Translations under genes and position numbers: made by a program
Shown here: piece after piece, positions 24,665 to 37,617 of the stretch
Layout: the number at the start of each line of letters is the position of its first letter
Numbering within the stretch: the first letter of the stretch is position 1
DNA from: Nemertoderma westbladi
Taxonomy: Eukaryota; Animalia; Xenacoelomorpha
Direction of reading: 5' to 3'
Length of the DNA: 64,000 nucleotides
Assembly (NCBI GenBank): GCA_032718475.1
Contig: JAUCBJ010009151.1
Location: 1 to 64,000 of the forward strand
Notes under the pieces: model-generated
Told to the model about the DNA's origin: nothing
Databases searched by the model: none
The model's input: the letters and a program-made list of their open reading frames with translations, nothing else

Positions 24665-27600
24665 TCAATAATTTCCAATCAAAGCTTCACTCTTACTTTC
24701 ATCTAGTTTACTTTCAGTTTCAGTCTGCCCAGCTGGAAGCAATAATACAAGAGATCGAACATCACGATTCACCTTTGTATATGCACGACCCTTATAACGA
24801 TATACAGGTTCCTTAGCAAAGTTCTTGTAACCAATATCTACGCGCCGGACAATGTCCTTGCTATCTGGATAGACAAATAGCACAATGGCAATACGATAAT
24901 CACCCTTTAATGTAGTCTCCTTCGGTTGAACTAAAACAACATCTCCAACCTGTAGGTTTCTGTAAGTTACATGCCACTTCTTTCGTATAAACAGTGTGGG
25001 GTATGTAATTCGTTCCCACTCTTCCCACCACTGCTGGATTGTTGTTTGTATATACTTGTATCGTTTCCCAACATTCTTTTCAAACTCAGTTGGTCCTACT
25101 GCCGATACTACTGTTGCCCTGCCAAGTAACAAATGGTTCGCACACAGATAATCCACTTTACTATCGTCTGTTATTTTGGCAGCCAGTGGTCTTTCGTTTA
25201 CCAAATTGGCCATACTGTAAAGAACTGTCAACCATTCACTAAATGAAAATGCTGATTTACCCATAGTAGAATTCAGAGCTTGTTTAACCAGTTTTACAGC
25301 AGATTCTGCTGCTCCGTTTGCATGCGGAGCACCTGGAGCATGGAATTTCCATTCCATTTTATCATCTAAAGATAGCCGTGTTTTTCTTCTTATTTCATCA
25401 CGATCTAATGATTTGTAGTATTGAGCTAGTTCAGAAGCTGCTCCACTGAGCTGACTTCCTGGGTCAGAGTAAATTATACTAGGAGAACCCCTTAGAGCTT
25501 GAAATCGAGCAAAAGCTACCATAAATGCTTCAGTCCCATAATTACATGCAATTTCAACATGGATAGCCCGGGATGCAAGACATGTTAATACAACTCCCCA
25601 ACCTTTGCCATAACTTCGTTTATTCACTTCCCCTTTCAAAACTAAAGGGCCAAATAAATCTAAAGATGTATATTTGAATGGTGGACTTGGGCTTGTACGA
25701 CAAATAGGTAGCTCAGCCATTACCTGTTGAAGAGACTTTGGTTTCAATCGCTTACATAATACACAACTGTATACTATACGTTTAACTAGTGTCCTTCCTC
25801 GAATTATCCACACAACAGATCTCACTTTAGCCCAGGTACCTTCCACTCCCCGATGGCCTCGTTGATGAGCAGATCGTACAAGTAGATTTGCTATATAACC
25901 ATGGGTTAGTATTGGGACACCAACACCAGGTGTAATACTATCAGTTCCAACACGACCACTTGTTTTCAGTACATTTGTCAATTTATCTTTATAAGCCACT
26001 AGGTTGTGTATAGTGGATTTGGGAATTTCATTTTGCTGAGATAAGTAAATAATCCATTCAGCTTCTTTAATTTCCATCGGTGTAAGTATCATATACTTGC
26101 GACCATTTCCTCCCACCTTGACTGGTGGAGTTAGATTAGGTGTTGATAGCTTCCCTTGTTTACTTCGCAATTTATTTAGCCACCACTCGCAGCACACTTT
26201 AACTGCAGCAACACAATGCGCCAATTTTCTAAACTCACTGAATTTTCTTGGGTCAATTGTTTCAATAAAGGAGGTTGAATTAACTTTATAATACATTTTA
26301 CTGATTTCATTCTCCGTAGTATTTGCAGTTGTTACTTGTGTAAATGCCTTTCTATGAATTTTCAGAACCTCCAGTTGTCCTTCTGATGAAACATTAGTTT
26401 CAATTGGCCAATTTGCTTCTGACTCCAACAGCCACAAAGGTCCTTGATGAAAGAATGAGTCATTCTGGACATAATCAGACATAGAACCCCTTGTCACTAG
26501 ATCAGCTGGATTGTCTTCTCCCTTTACCCATGACCAATCTTTGGGATCTGATACCGTTTGAATTTCACCAACTCTATTTGCAAAAAATGTCTGATATCCA
26601 TAACTATCCTTCTTGATTGCACCAAGCACAGTCATTGAATCAACAAAGTGATAGAATCGACTATATTGCAGTTTTGTACACTTTAAGTGATTTACTCGAA
26701 GCCTGGCTGCAAAAACTGCACCACTCATTTCAGTTTTTACTACATCTCCTTTGAAATTCAAAGGTGCCAGTTTACCTTTTGCTTCTATAAATCTCACCAA
26801 ATACTGATCACTTTCGCCACATTGCCATCGTATGTATAACACAGCCCCACTAGCTTTCTCTGAACCATCAGAAAATGTTATTAGTATCGGGGATTTCAAA
26901 TAAATATCAGGTTTCAAGCTCCGTGGAAATCGCAATTGATTAACATTAATAAATTGTTCTAGAACATATATCCATTTAGGAACCAACTTCTCATCAATTG
27001 GGTCATCCCAACCTGTTATTTTACCTTCTTTGGTTTTACACATCTGCCATGTTTCTCTAAATAATATTGCACCTTTCATCTTCACGGGAAGAACAAATCC
27101 AGGTGGATCAAACAAACCAGCATATTGACTCAGGAGTATACATTTTGTTATCTTTGGTGGTAAGTTTTCTAATACTTCACCAGTTTTGACATTATCATCT
27201 TGTCTAACCTTACCAACTTTCTTTCCAAAATTAACAGATGATCGTACATACAACTCATCTTTAATTGTATCATAACCCAGACCAAGGGCGCCAGTTTCAT
27301 CATTTCCTATTGAATGTAATAATTTGACAGTTGAGGTCTCAGTCTCAAGAGCCTGCCCAGATGTCAACCAATGCTTTATCTTAAAACCACTATAGGTTAA
27401 TATTTATGTTGCTTCTTCCTGCAACTTTACAATTTCTGCCATTGTATCACGAGAATCCATAATATCATCTACAAATGAACTATTCTTTATCGTATCCACA
27501 GTTGTTGGATAGCATCTAAACTTTTCCATACCTGCAGTATTTGACACAGTCTGCATAGATATCGATGGTGCTGGTTTATCACCCATATTCACTCGTAAAC

Positions 27601-30600
27601 AGACATATGTTTCAATTTTATCCTTTTCATTTTCTCTCCATAGAAACCGTTTCATATGTATCTCATTATCATCCAGGTAAACAGAATTAAACATCTTCTT
27701 TATGTCACCAATAGTAGCAAATACACCTTCTCTAAATCGTTGAAGTACAAAGGGTAGTGGGTTTAAAACGTCAGGTCCTTTAGCAAGAACAGAATTCAAT
27801 GATACCCCTTTATATATTTGGCTACTGTTCCATACAAGTCTAACTGGTGTTGATTTACTATGTGGGTTTAGGGCAACTTGATGAGAAACATACCAAACTG
27901 GTCCATGCCATTGCATCATTTCCTCATCAGAGAGTTTACGTGCTGCTTTACGATCTACCATATCTTGTATTTGATCACCATATACTTTTTTCCACTCAGG
28001 CTGCTTGTTAAGTCTTTTTTCAGTTGATAAAAATACTGCCTTTACTGCAGGGAGATTATTTGGTAACAGTTTGGGGTCCATCACATATGGGTAGCTACAA
28101 TCCCAATGTGGGTCTTCGGTATGGTTATCACCATTAGGTTTAAAAGTCAAACCTTTTTCAATTAAAGTTAGTTCTCTCTCTTCTTTTATACTCATTTCTC
28201 TACCACCGGCTTGACATCCACCACACCGACAACCACCATAACGAGGTATACATGTTGCTCCAATTTGGTCATAACAAAAATGTTTGACCAACTGTTGTAT
28301 TTCTTTATCAGCAGATGAAGTTGTATGAAATGTGTGAGCAACTTCACGATATGCGACCTCACGAGTTGTAAACCATGCATATGTTGAGCTTTCCAATGCT
28401 GAACAACACATATGTTCTGCTAACCTTTCATGGGCACCACCAATAGCATAACCATGTATGCCATGATATAATACTAACTCACCAACATTATCCACAGGGT
28501 ATGGAATACTGGTCGCATTACGTAAAGAGATCATTAATGAAATTTTTTCTGGTCGACGTAAATCCCTTTTCGACATATAAGGAAAGAGTTCAGATAAGAC
28601 GGGTTCGGCATGGGTAGAGATAGAAGTAACTTTCTCCAATCCATACATCAAATATTCTTTATATTTACCAATTTTTGTCTGGATTTTAACAACATAACGA
28701 TAAGTATCAATAAAAGTTTCTAAGCCTGCTATCCCATGTAGATCTAACGTACACTTCTCCCCTTGCAGATTTAATCTTTTTGCTAGTTCAAATGTAATAT
28801 AATGCGTGTCACTGCATTGATCAAACATCACACCCTCTTCTGCTCCACCAAATAATTTCACAAATTGTATCATCATAATACAAGGTAATTCCTTTTCTGT
28901 GCCATTTTTTGCAAGGGTGGTATGCGTTTGACTTTCTTCGGCTGGGGTTTCGGTCTTTGCACAGCTAGTACTGTTTCCCTTTTTGTGAATTCCACTTTGA
29001 AAATGCAATAAAACATTATGTTTTAGGTCAGAACATTCCTTACAAATTCTTGCCCAAGATGTATTTGGACAGTGAAATGCTATATGTCCGACTTCCAAAC
29101 ATACCATACATATTCCTTTTGCCCGCACAACACGTACCCGTGTACTTGGTTTCATTGACATAAATTTATCACACTTCCATAGAACATGTTTAGTTCCAAA
29201 ACAAACTCGGCATTTTACAGAGTTTCCCATTTCTGAAACTGTATAATGTATCTGAGAAGTTTTCAACGGTGTTGCATTTTGCTTAACATATGAAGGCTTC
29301 ATAACTCCTGCTTTTTGGATGTCAACTATCATATATTCTGCTCTTATCTTCAAGCTGCGTAGAAATTTCACTAACTTATTAAACCTATGATCTCCAGCAA
29401 GATCAGTTTCCTCAGCAATACTTTTAACCCATTCACCATAATATGGTTCAGGAAGTTTCCTTTCAATTTTTCTGCAAACTGTCGTATTGCTAATTTCTGT
29501 TAACGCATCTTGACCCTCTAAATCAATAATAGCCCGTTCAATTGTTTCTACAAACTTTACAATTTGATCATTATCACGGGGACTATTTAATGCATCAATT
29601 TCATCAACAACAGCACTTATAGTAAATGCTTGCCGTCCAAACTGATTTTCCAAAACACTAAACATGGCCTCATAATCATCCAATGGTAAGTTGTTCATTA
29701 AATATTGATATTGTGTCGGAACAGATTCCCATAGTAGTTGACATACTTCCGTTTTATTTCTACCAGGAATTACTAAACCCTTAAACCTGCGTGACCAATC
29801 TATATAGCCCCGGCATGTTCCATTAAGGGGGGGGGGTACACCATTTTCGGACAACTCTTCGTTTTATCGCTCTCAGCGTTTCAAAATTGTTTGGTTTTGG
29901 CTAAAATTTGGCATATAGGTGCCTAAGATGCTATTCTACATGACAGGTCAGAAAAAAAATTTTTTTCGCTATTTAATATTAGTTAATACTAGTTAACAAT
30001 AAAAAAAACTTGGTTGCGCTTAAAACCATAAGGCTTTTACAGTTTTGAACCTAATCACATGAAAATTTTTTTATATGATAGATCAAAGATGGGGCAACAT
30101 AACTATCAGGTGAAATTTTGTGAAAATAATTCTGCACCGCTAGGTGGCGCTGCAAATTTATGCTAATTTTTAGGTTTTTTATAAATAGTATTAAATTTTA
30201 TTAACAAAAAATTTCGAAAAGTTGTCTGATACTTCTATGCAGGGTGGCTATGTAGACACCCACAGAAAGTTTCAGACTAATTATTCAAAAATTGTAGAAG
30301 TAGTAGGGTTTTGAAGTTGACAATTTCATGAAAAAAATATTTGGAGATAATCGACCTTTCATTATACATAGTAATAGTAATTTCAATAGGATTCCATAAA
30401 TGGAAATTTACATAACTTGAAAACTAAAAGAGCTATTAAATAGCGGTTTTCAGATTTGGAAAGACCATTCAATGGTGCATTATAATAGACAATAAAAAAA
30501 ATTTCGACATATTTTGGACCAAAATGGTGTACCCCCCCCCCTTAAACTTTGGTGGTTTAATTCGATCCATTCGGACAGCACCTGTTGAATGAGATCCACT

Positions 30601-31257
30601 TTCCAGTGAGGTATCTCTCAAACCAGTTGATGAAAGTGAACCCATACCACTGCCTATAGTTTGGTTTACAGCTAAATAGTTGTTAGTTTGTGCTTTCATA
30701 GAATAGAAAGTATCATTCACAGTTTCACTCCAAACCATTGCACTATCGAGTTCACTATCATCTAAATAAGACATAACAGAGCTATTTAAAGCTTCACAAG
30801 CTTCTTTGGCACTTTTCACATCAGACATCAGCCCACTAACAGTTGATATCATACCTTGGCGTTCCTTAGGTGTGATATCCGTTATTAAACAATGATCTAA
30901 CCTTTTAGTTAGCATATCAAACTGATGACATTTAATATTCCTTTCTCTCTCCAGTGCTGTCTTCAATCCATTTTGCCAAACAAGTTTTGCATTATCATAT
31001 CGAGCCTTCTCGACATTTAACCACTTTTCTTCACGTTTTTGGTCTGCTAGCTGAAGAGAGCCACCTACAATAGAGTCACTCAGCATTTCAACATAAACTT
31101 CATGGTTTTCATGGACAAGATCAACTGCAGCATTAACTGCATTCCATGCGGCATTCCATGATTCAATGGAGTCCTTTGGTCCCAAAGCATTTAATACAGA
31201 TAGTTTTCTGGTTAATTTTGCTTTTGCAGCCGTCCTGCTGGACTTGGCTGCTTCCAT
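24665..31257 (-). pseudogene. gag-pol: Element C single gag-pol ORF, broken by the MITE and one in-frame TAA (27404-27406)
   Basis: ATG at 31257; removing the MITE restores KPPKFNGTCRGYIDW; three Cys/His knuckles, FDQCSD (PR), SFVDD (RT), FSDGSE (RH), SLDLFGP/YSDPGSQ/GAAESAV (IN). Confidence 0.92.
29827..30541. mobile_element. Non-autonomous DNA transposon (MITE), Kolobok-like, 715 bp
   Basis: 21-bp perfect TIR G10-TACACCATTTT; TTAA duplicated at 29823-29826 and 30542-30545. TTAA TSD with RR..YY ends matches Kolobok. Confidence 0.85.
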
Positions 31258-31281
31258 ATTTCTGGGTAGTCTGGTTCGAAT

Positions 31282-32293
31282 TGTTTCACTGCATTCAGTG
31301 AAAAAGTGGGGTTTCAAATTATTTCACTGCATTCAGTCAAATTTGTGGGAACTTCCATTTCTGCTTTCAATAATGTTTTCAGTTTTAGCGGTCCCAATAT
31401 CAAATAACCCACCCAATTTCAATAACCAGTACAAACAAAGAAGACTGTCGCATTCATTACTTCTTTAATCTACTTGTCAAATTACAGAACTATATACATA
31501 AACAAAACATACAACCATATCTCGAACTGTCGAAAGTAGTAAAGTTACGTAAAGATTCGAACCAGTTCATATCCCATTTGTACCGGTAATTAAGATATAT
31601 AATCACTATATAAATCAAAAGGAATTATATATACAAGTTCATGGTATATATGGCCTATTAAATTACGATTTCCCATCTATATACAGACTGCTGAATACAG
31701 GTATATATAGAGAAACTGGATAGGTACCGGTATTATTACTTTTGTACACCAAACATTAATCAGGTACTCTTAATACAAAATATATTAAGACAGCTGAATA
31801 CAGGTATATATAGAGAAACTGGATTGGTACCGGTATTATTACTTTTGTACACCAAACATTAATCAGGTACCCTTAATACAAATATATTACCGTCCCATAC
31901 GACGGTACGTTATTTCATTTTAGTACAGTATTGTTAGAATGACGGGTTAAGATCAATAATACAACTAATAATACTCTAAAGTGTATTATTGCGGTCCTTG
32001 TACGGCGGTTATGGTACTGCAGTAAAGTTACTGCGGTAAGCCGGTAACGGTACAGTGGTTACATAATGGCCCTAGGCCTACTGCCTTAGCCTACATCAGT
32101 CAGATACTAGATGTGCAGTTGTAGTACTGCAACCTGCACTATTTTGGTGGTAGTAACATAATATCGCACCCATCACCAGTCTGCCAGTCGTAATTAACCT
32201 ATTTCTGTTTCAGTCCAACAAATTAGAATTTAAAGCAATAGGCTCGTTGAGCTAATTGCTCAATTGAGCCATGGCCTAATACTGAGCGAAACA
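31282..32293 (-). repeat. 5' LTR of element C (1012 bp) with an internal 2 x 103-bp duplication
   Basis: TG...CA termini; AGAC(T/A)GCTGAATACAGG at 31685 and 31788. Confidence 0.93.
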
Positions 32294-32351
32294 AATATTA
32301 TAATTATCGTATTATAATTCAATTATTTTATTTCGTTATAATGGAATATAA

Positions 32352-33513
32352 CAGTAATCGCTGCACTTGTGTAGCCACTGTTATACCAACCGGTAATTGC
32401 TGCACTAATGTAGCCACTGTTATACTGACCGGTAATTGCTACACTCGTTTAGCCACTGTTATACCAACTGGTAATCGCTGCACTCGTGTAGCCACTGTAT
32501 TACTGACCAGTAATCACTGCACTTGTGTAGCCACTGTTATACCGACCAGTAATCACTGCACTCGTGTAGCCACTGCTATACCAACCGGTAATCACTGCAC
32601 TCATGTAGCCACTGTTATACTGACCGGAAATTGCTACACTCATTTAGCCACTGTTATACTGACCAGTAATTGCTGCACTCGTGTAGCCACTGTTATACTG
32701 ATCAGTAATCACTGCACTCTTGTAGCCACTGTTACACAGACCAGTAATAGCTGCACTCGTTTAGCCACTGTTATACCAACTGGTAATCGCTGCACTCGTG
32801 TAGCCACTGTTAGACCAACTGGTGATTGGTGCACTCGTTTAGCCACTGTTATACCAACCGGTAATTGCTGCACTCGTGTAGCCACTGTTATACTGACCGG
32901 TAATTGATACACTTGTTTAGCCACTGTTATACCGACCAGTAATCGCTGCAGTCGTCTAGCCACTGTTATACCGACCAGTAATCGCTGCACTCATGTAGCC
33001 ACTGTTATACCAACCGGTAATCGCTGCATTCGTGTAGCCACTGTTATACCAACTAGTAATCGCTGCACTCGTGTAGCCACTGTTACACCAACTGGTAATC
33101 GCTGCACTCGTGTAGCCACTGTTACACCAACTGGTAATCGCTGCACTCGTGTAACCACTGTTATACCGACCAGTAATTGCTGCACTCGTGTAGCCTCTGT
33201 TATACCAACCGGTAATCGCTGCACTTGTGTTGCTGCTGTTACACCAACTGGTAATCATTGCACTCGTGTAGCCACTGTTATACCGACCAGTAATCGGTGC
33301 ACTCGTGTAGCCACTGTTATACCAACCAGTAATCGCTGCACTTGTTTAGCCACTGTTATACTGACCAGTAATCGCTGCACTCGTGTAGCCACTGTTATAC
33401 CAACCGGTAATCGCTGCACTCATGTAGCCACTGTTATACCAACCAGAGATCGCTGCACTCGTTTAGCCACTGCTATACCAACCAGTAATCGCTGCACGTG
33501 TTGCCACTGTTAC
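32352..33513. repeat. 39-bp satellite, left block
   Basis: Consensus ~TAGCCACTGTTATACCRACCGGTAATCGCTGCACTCGTG, head to tail. Confidence 0.97.
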
Positions 33514-34810
33514 TGTTGCCGTTATTCCCGACACCATGGGGGAAAACGCCGATGCTGGAGGCGGAACTTTTCAGACCATGGAATCCCGGCCAGTCACCGG
33601 ATATTGGTAGTGGAGAAGGAATACGTTCTTAAATGCAAGATTGCGGTTGAGGAAAAGTTTCATTGGTTGGATATACTCTTTAATGTAACTTCCCTACAGT
33701 TGAACCTTGATTGAGAATAAGTTGGGCTTCCCCAAACCAATATACACCAAATATTCACAATAATATAACATGACAATATAAATCCCTACATTATATTATT
33801 TAATTACCCACTGTTCGCTCAGATTTTAGCCTAACTAATGTTCCCCAATTTTCCCCCGGTCCTAGTCTCGGTACCGTAGTGTCGGTGTCGGTCGACCCTG
33901 TTGCGTGTCCGTTGTCCGTCCCACCCTTGCCGAACCCCGAAGGGATCAGTCATCAGGAACCAGTACGGCTTGGCTAGGGGTCCGTCGGTTCATCGCAGGG
34001 ACCCAACCACCTAGGCTTTCCGAGTCCTTATTCAGGCTCGTAGTCGCTTTGGCAGCCGAGAAGCTGCTCCGAACAGTCGGTAGGCCAGTAGAGTCCAGTC
34101 CTTTGCCTTTCGACCCTGTTGCGTGTCTGTCCCACCCTTCCTGAACCCCGAAGGGATCGGTCAGGAACCAGTACGGCTTGGCTAGGGGGTCTGTCAGCCC
34201 GTCGTGAGCCCCAACGGTTGGTGGTTTTCCGAGTCCTTAATCAGGCCCTTACTAACGCCGGTCGTGGAACCCACTTCAGGAAGGCAGTCCTCGTCGAACC
34301 CTTCCTCCGTTAGTCGGTCGACCCGTTCGCGTGTCCGTCCCACCCTTCCCGAACCCCGAAGGGATCGGTCAGGAACCAGTACGGCTTGGCTAGGGGTCTG
34401 TCGTCAGTTCCCGTCGCAAATCCCTGACACAAGCAGCAGACTTTCCAATGTCCTTTACAGGCTCGTAATAACTGCTGTTGGCCAGGGACCGCTAAGGGCA
34501 GTCCTTGTCCTTTAGACCTAGTGAGTTACCAAATCCACCTCTACAGGCAGCAGGAAGTTGGCTAGGCCTAATAGTAATCAGGCAAACCTGAATACTGCTT
34601 AACTTTGCCTCCCACCCGTGGCCCTTAAATACATGAAATGAGTCCCGTACCCCGTAAGTCGCCCCAATATTCGCCCATAAATCGCCCCCTGTCCATTGAA
34701 TGTGCCCAAATCCCATGTTCCCGCACCCAGTAGTGATATCGGAATATTCATTTTAAATAAATCCAAAAAATATTCAACTCGCGTTAGGAAAAGTTGAAAT
34801 ACCGCGAACA
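33514..34810 (-). repeat. 3' LTR of element D (1297 bp)
   Basis: Matches 45591-46669 plus one extra ~218-bp internal repeat unit. Confidence 0.95.
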
Positions 34811-34990
34811 GTCTCCCCCAATGACCTTCGTGAGGTCTATTGGTAGATCGAGTTTGCGAAGGTCATTTCCCATATAAAAAACCCAAAATTTTAATATTGC
34901 ATAGTCTTGATTAATTTGGCCTAGAGTTAGTTTATGTAAATATATAAAAATAAATGTTCGATATAAATGTTCCTGGAATATCTTGGTCCT

Positions 34991-37617
34991 CTATTTCTTG
35001 CTTTGATACGCCTTTTTCCTCTTCGCCCGTCGACTCTCGTCGATCGCCAGTGCTGGTAGGGGAGCATCAACATCCATTGTGAGCAACGTTTCGGCTTGTC
35101 TCCTGGCGGCTCTTCCTTTCGATGGTAGCGGGATCATATCGGTTCATCTTTCTAACTCGGTGGTGCGTGCCTCTAGGAAACACTTTCCGTCACCGAACTC
35201 TTCCTTATAGGAATATAAACGCCTAAGGATCTTGAATGGGCCGAATAATCCGGCGCTTAGCAACAGATCCATGTAATGGAATGGTAGCGTCGCTGTCATA
35301 TGGAGGCGCTCCGGGAACGAAAAATACCCGCACGCCATCTCTTGCGCAATATTCCGAGCGTTTCTCCGTACTTTGGTCTTTACGTGGTTGTTTGCGTAGG
35401 TTTCGAACATAACCATATTCCCCATAGCGGTTACATCCTTCGTGGGACACTTTATATTGCAGCAGGGGCTAGCGGAGTGTCCACGGAAACCGCATGTTGT
35501 GCAGAGGTTATAGAGGGTTGGACAAACTGAAACATCATGTCCCGATGTCGCACAGTAGGGACAATACAGTATCCCGAGGAGCTGGAGGCATGAATCAGTT
35601 ACTCGATTTCTTCTACCGCGTGGGCACTGCTCCGAACCGCAGTCTCCGCATATCTCTAACTGCATCTCCCGGCCGAAGAATATTGGAATCGGGATGCCGA
35701 CGTAATACTCGAGTCGTCGGTCGCTTTTTGGAATATTCGCTGTGGCCGGTAGCCTGCGAAAAGCTGTGCTTTGGCGTAGTATGTTCTCGTTTCAATAACC
35801 TTCTTTATGTCCTGCCGGTCTCATCTCGGATGACTGTTTCTGGCGGTGGATCCATTCGGTCTGCTCAGCGTACCATCTGGTAAGTCGCATAGGATCCTGT
35901 GGAACGGAAGGGGTAGTTGTCACCGCTGGTTGGTGAAGAGGTGCCGGGGTTTTCGACGGAGGGATTCCGAAGAGATCTTCGGGAGTCGGCGCGGCGCTGG
36001 GACCCTTTTCAACCAGTATCGCTGAGCGGGTCCATTGGGTGCTGGTACTCGGTATCTCCGAAAACCAGTCTTCGCCCCCTGGGAACGGATATGGAGATAA
36101 CCTCTGGCATATGTCGCCGAAGTCGTTCAACGCGAAGGTAGTGACTAACTCCCTCGCGGAGCTACCGGAGCCAAGTGGGGTGGAAACGCCTGCTTCCATC
36201 GTAGGTTCGGCCGAGGCGACCCGTTTGGCGGCCGGTTCGTACGCGATTTCCGGATCGAGCTGTTGCTTTGGGGTGGACAGTAGAACACCTTCCTGTAGCC
36301 ATAATTCTTCCCCCTCCGAGGAAATCAGTGGTTCCTCCGCACCGAAGAGATCGGTAATCCTAGGGATGTCGAACGGCCCATTCTCGTCCCAGGAAGCGAT
36401 GACGGTGAGCCTTTCGTCTCTCCCGGTGTAATATTCTCAACCGCTTTGAACACGTGGTTGATAACCTCGTTCCACTCGTAGTCGATAAAGGTATTAGGAA
36501 CCGCCGTAATGAGGCTATCGAGAGTTTTACATATGAACTTAGCGACTGTGTAGTATTCCATAATGACGTAGATGTAGTTCCGTCGCTCCGGATTCTCCCA
36601 CTTGTGGTGGATCGTCCACTTTCTTTCAACGTCCTTCCAGTGACTCTCTCGCTCACTCTTTATTTCTAATCTCGGGTATCCACCATATATCTTATTATAG
36701 TCCTGGAATTTCTGCGGTTTAAAGTCTATGCCGCCGTTTAGCACTGCGAGGTAGCCAATGCCGGATTTCGTCCGTCTGACCTCTCGGAATCCTTGCAGGA
36801 ATTCGGCGGATCGTAACCAGGCTAATAGAGTTTGGGTGTCGACACAATGACTAATGGCGTTGAGATCTTCTCGACGGTCTCTTCCGAAAGGAGCGTTCGC
36901 GTAGTCGTTTCGGACGTCCGCCTTTATATCCGACCCGATTTTAATGATGTCGAAGTCGAATAGGATCTTTTGGATCTCAGGTGGTAGTAGCCAGATCGCT
37001 CCGGCTGTCCATACCTCCTGTCTGGGTGTCGGAAATATTCGACATACCAACACCAAACCGTCCAGGGTTCCGATGACGACGACCAAGGTTCGACCGTATT
37101 CCTTAGTCCCATACTTCTCCTGGTAGTCGTCGCGATTCTGGATAACTGATATACATTCCTCTCGCAGCGTTGCCGTACACTCCGCTAGGTTACCCCAGTG
37201 GGCGAGGTATGTACTCTTGTCGTCGACGAAACTTTGACATCGCGCCATCGTAATCGCTTTCGAGGTGGGCATCGCGTTTCCCTCATTGTCGTATATCAAT
37301 GAGGTATATCGTATATCGTATATCGTATATCGGGATTTGTAGACGCTTTGCTGGAACGTGTCCCAGTACGACAACTCATCTCCTCCGGTTGCCTTTGCGT
37401 TCCGAGTTCTTCTCAGTCTCGTACTAGCATCGGACAACCGGAGGGCTCGTAGATTCCGGGAATCCGGTCCCTCTCGCCCGGAGAATTTGACGACTCGCAC
37501 ATTCTCATTTATCAGGGCGTTCCAATTTGTATCAAAGTTAGGGGATCCAGGTTGTGGATATTCCAGTAAATCTATCGTATTACGTAGTTCGCCGATAATT
37601 TGGCGATTTGGGTCCAT
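34991..37617 (-). pseudogene. Element D ORF3: WRN/EXD-like DEDDy 3'-5' exonuclease fold, Pro/acidic linker and CCHC zinc knuckles (~875 codons reconstructed)
   Basis: LPPEIQKILFDFDIIKIGSDIKADVR...CVDTQTL...SGIGYLA...KWENP; CPYCATSGHDVSVC and CTTCGFRGHSASPC. One frameshift (~36430) and two in-frame TGA (35792, 35144) join the listed ORFs. Confidence 0.7.

Larger units (their letters stand above)
22603..32293 (-). mobile_element. Bel/Pao LTR retrotransposon C, structurally complete
   Basis: LTRs TGTTTC...GAAACA; TSD AATAT at 22598-22602 and 32294-32298; PPT-like GGGTGGGAGG (minus) next to 24601; gag-PR-RT-RH-IN order. Confidence 0.93.

Noticed and set aside
29827-30541. MITE as piggyBac
   Set aside because: The TTAA TSD fits, but piggyBac ends begin with C (CCY/CAC); these begin GG.
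29827-31317. ORF-track termini MSENGVPPPL, GGGYTILV... and MKPHFF...
   Set aside because: These are read-ins from the MITE or LTR; the real frame starts at ATG 31257 and crosses the excised TTAA.
31550-31570. GGTTCGAATC as a tRNA gene or SINE
   Set aside because: No cloverleaf or convincing A-box seen; better explained as the PBS complement, with the alternative noted in the finding.
33905-34716. Short ORFs in LTR D, and antisense ORFs over gag/pol such as 59905-60687
   Set aside because: Shadows of GC-rich repeats or of the coding strand, with no recognisable motifs.
34991-37617. Element D ORF3 as an envelope gene
   Set aside because: No signal peptide or transmembrane segment evident; the motifs indicate a nucleic-acid-binding protein.
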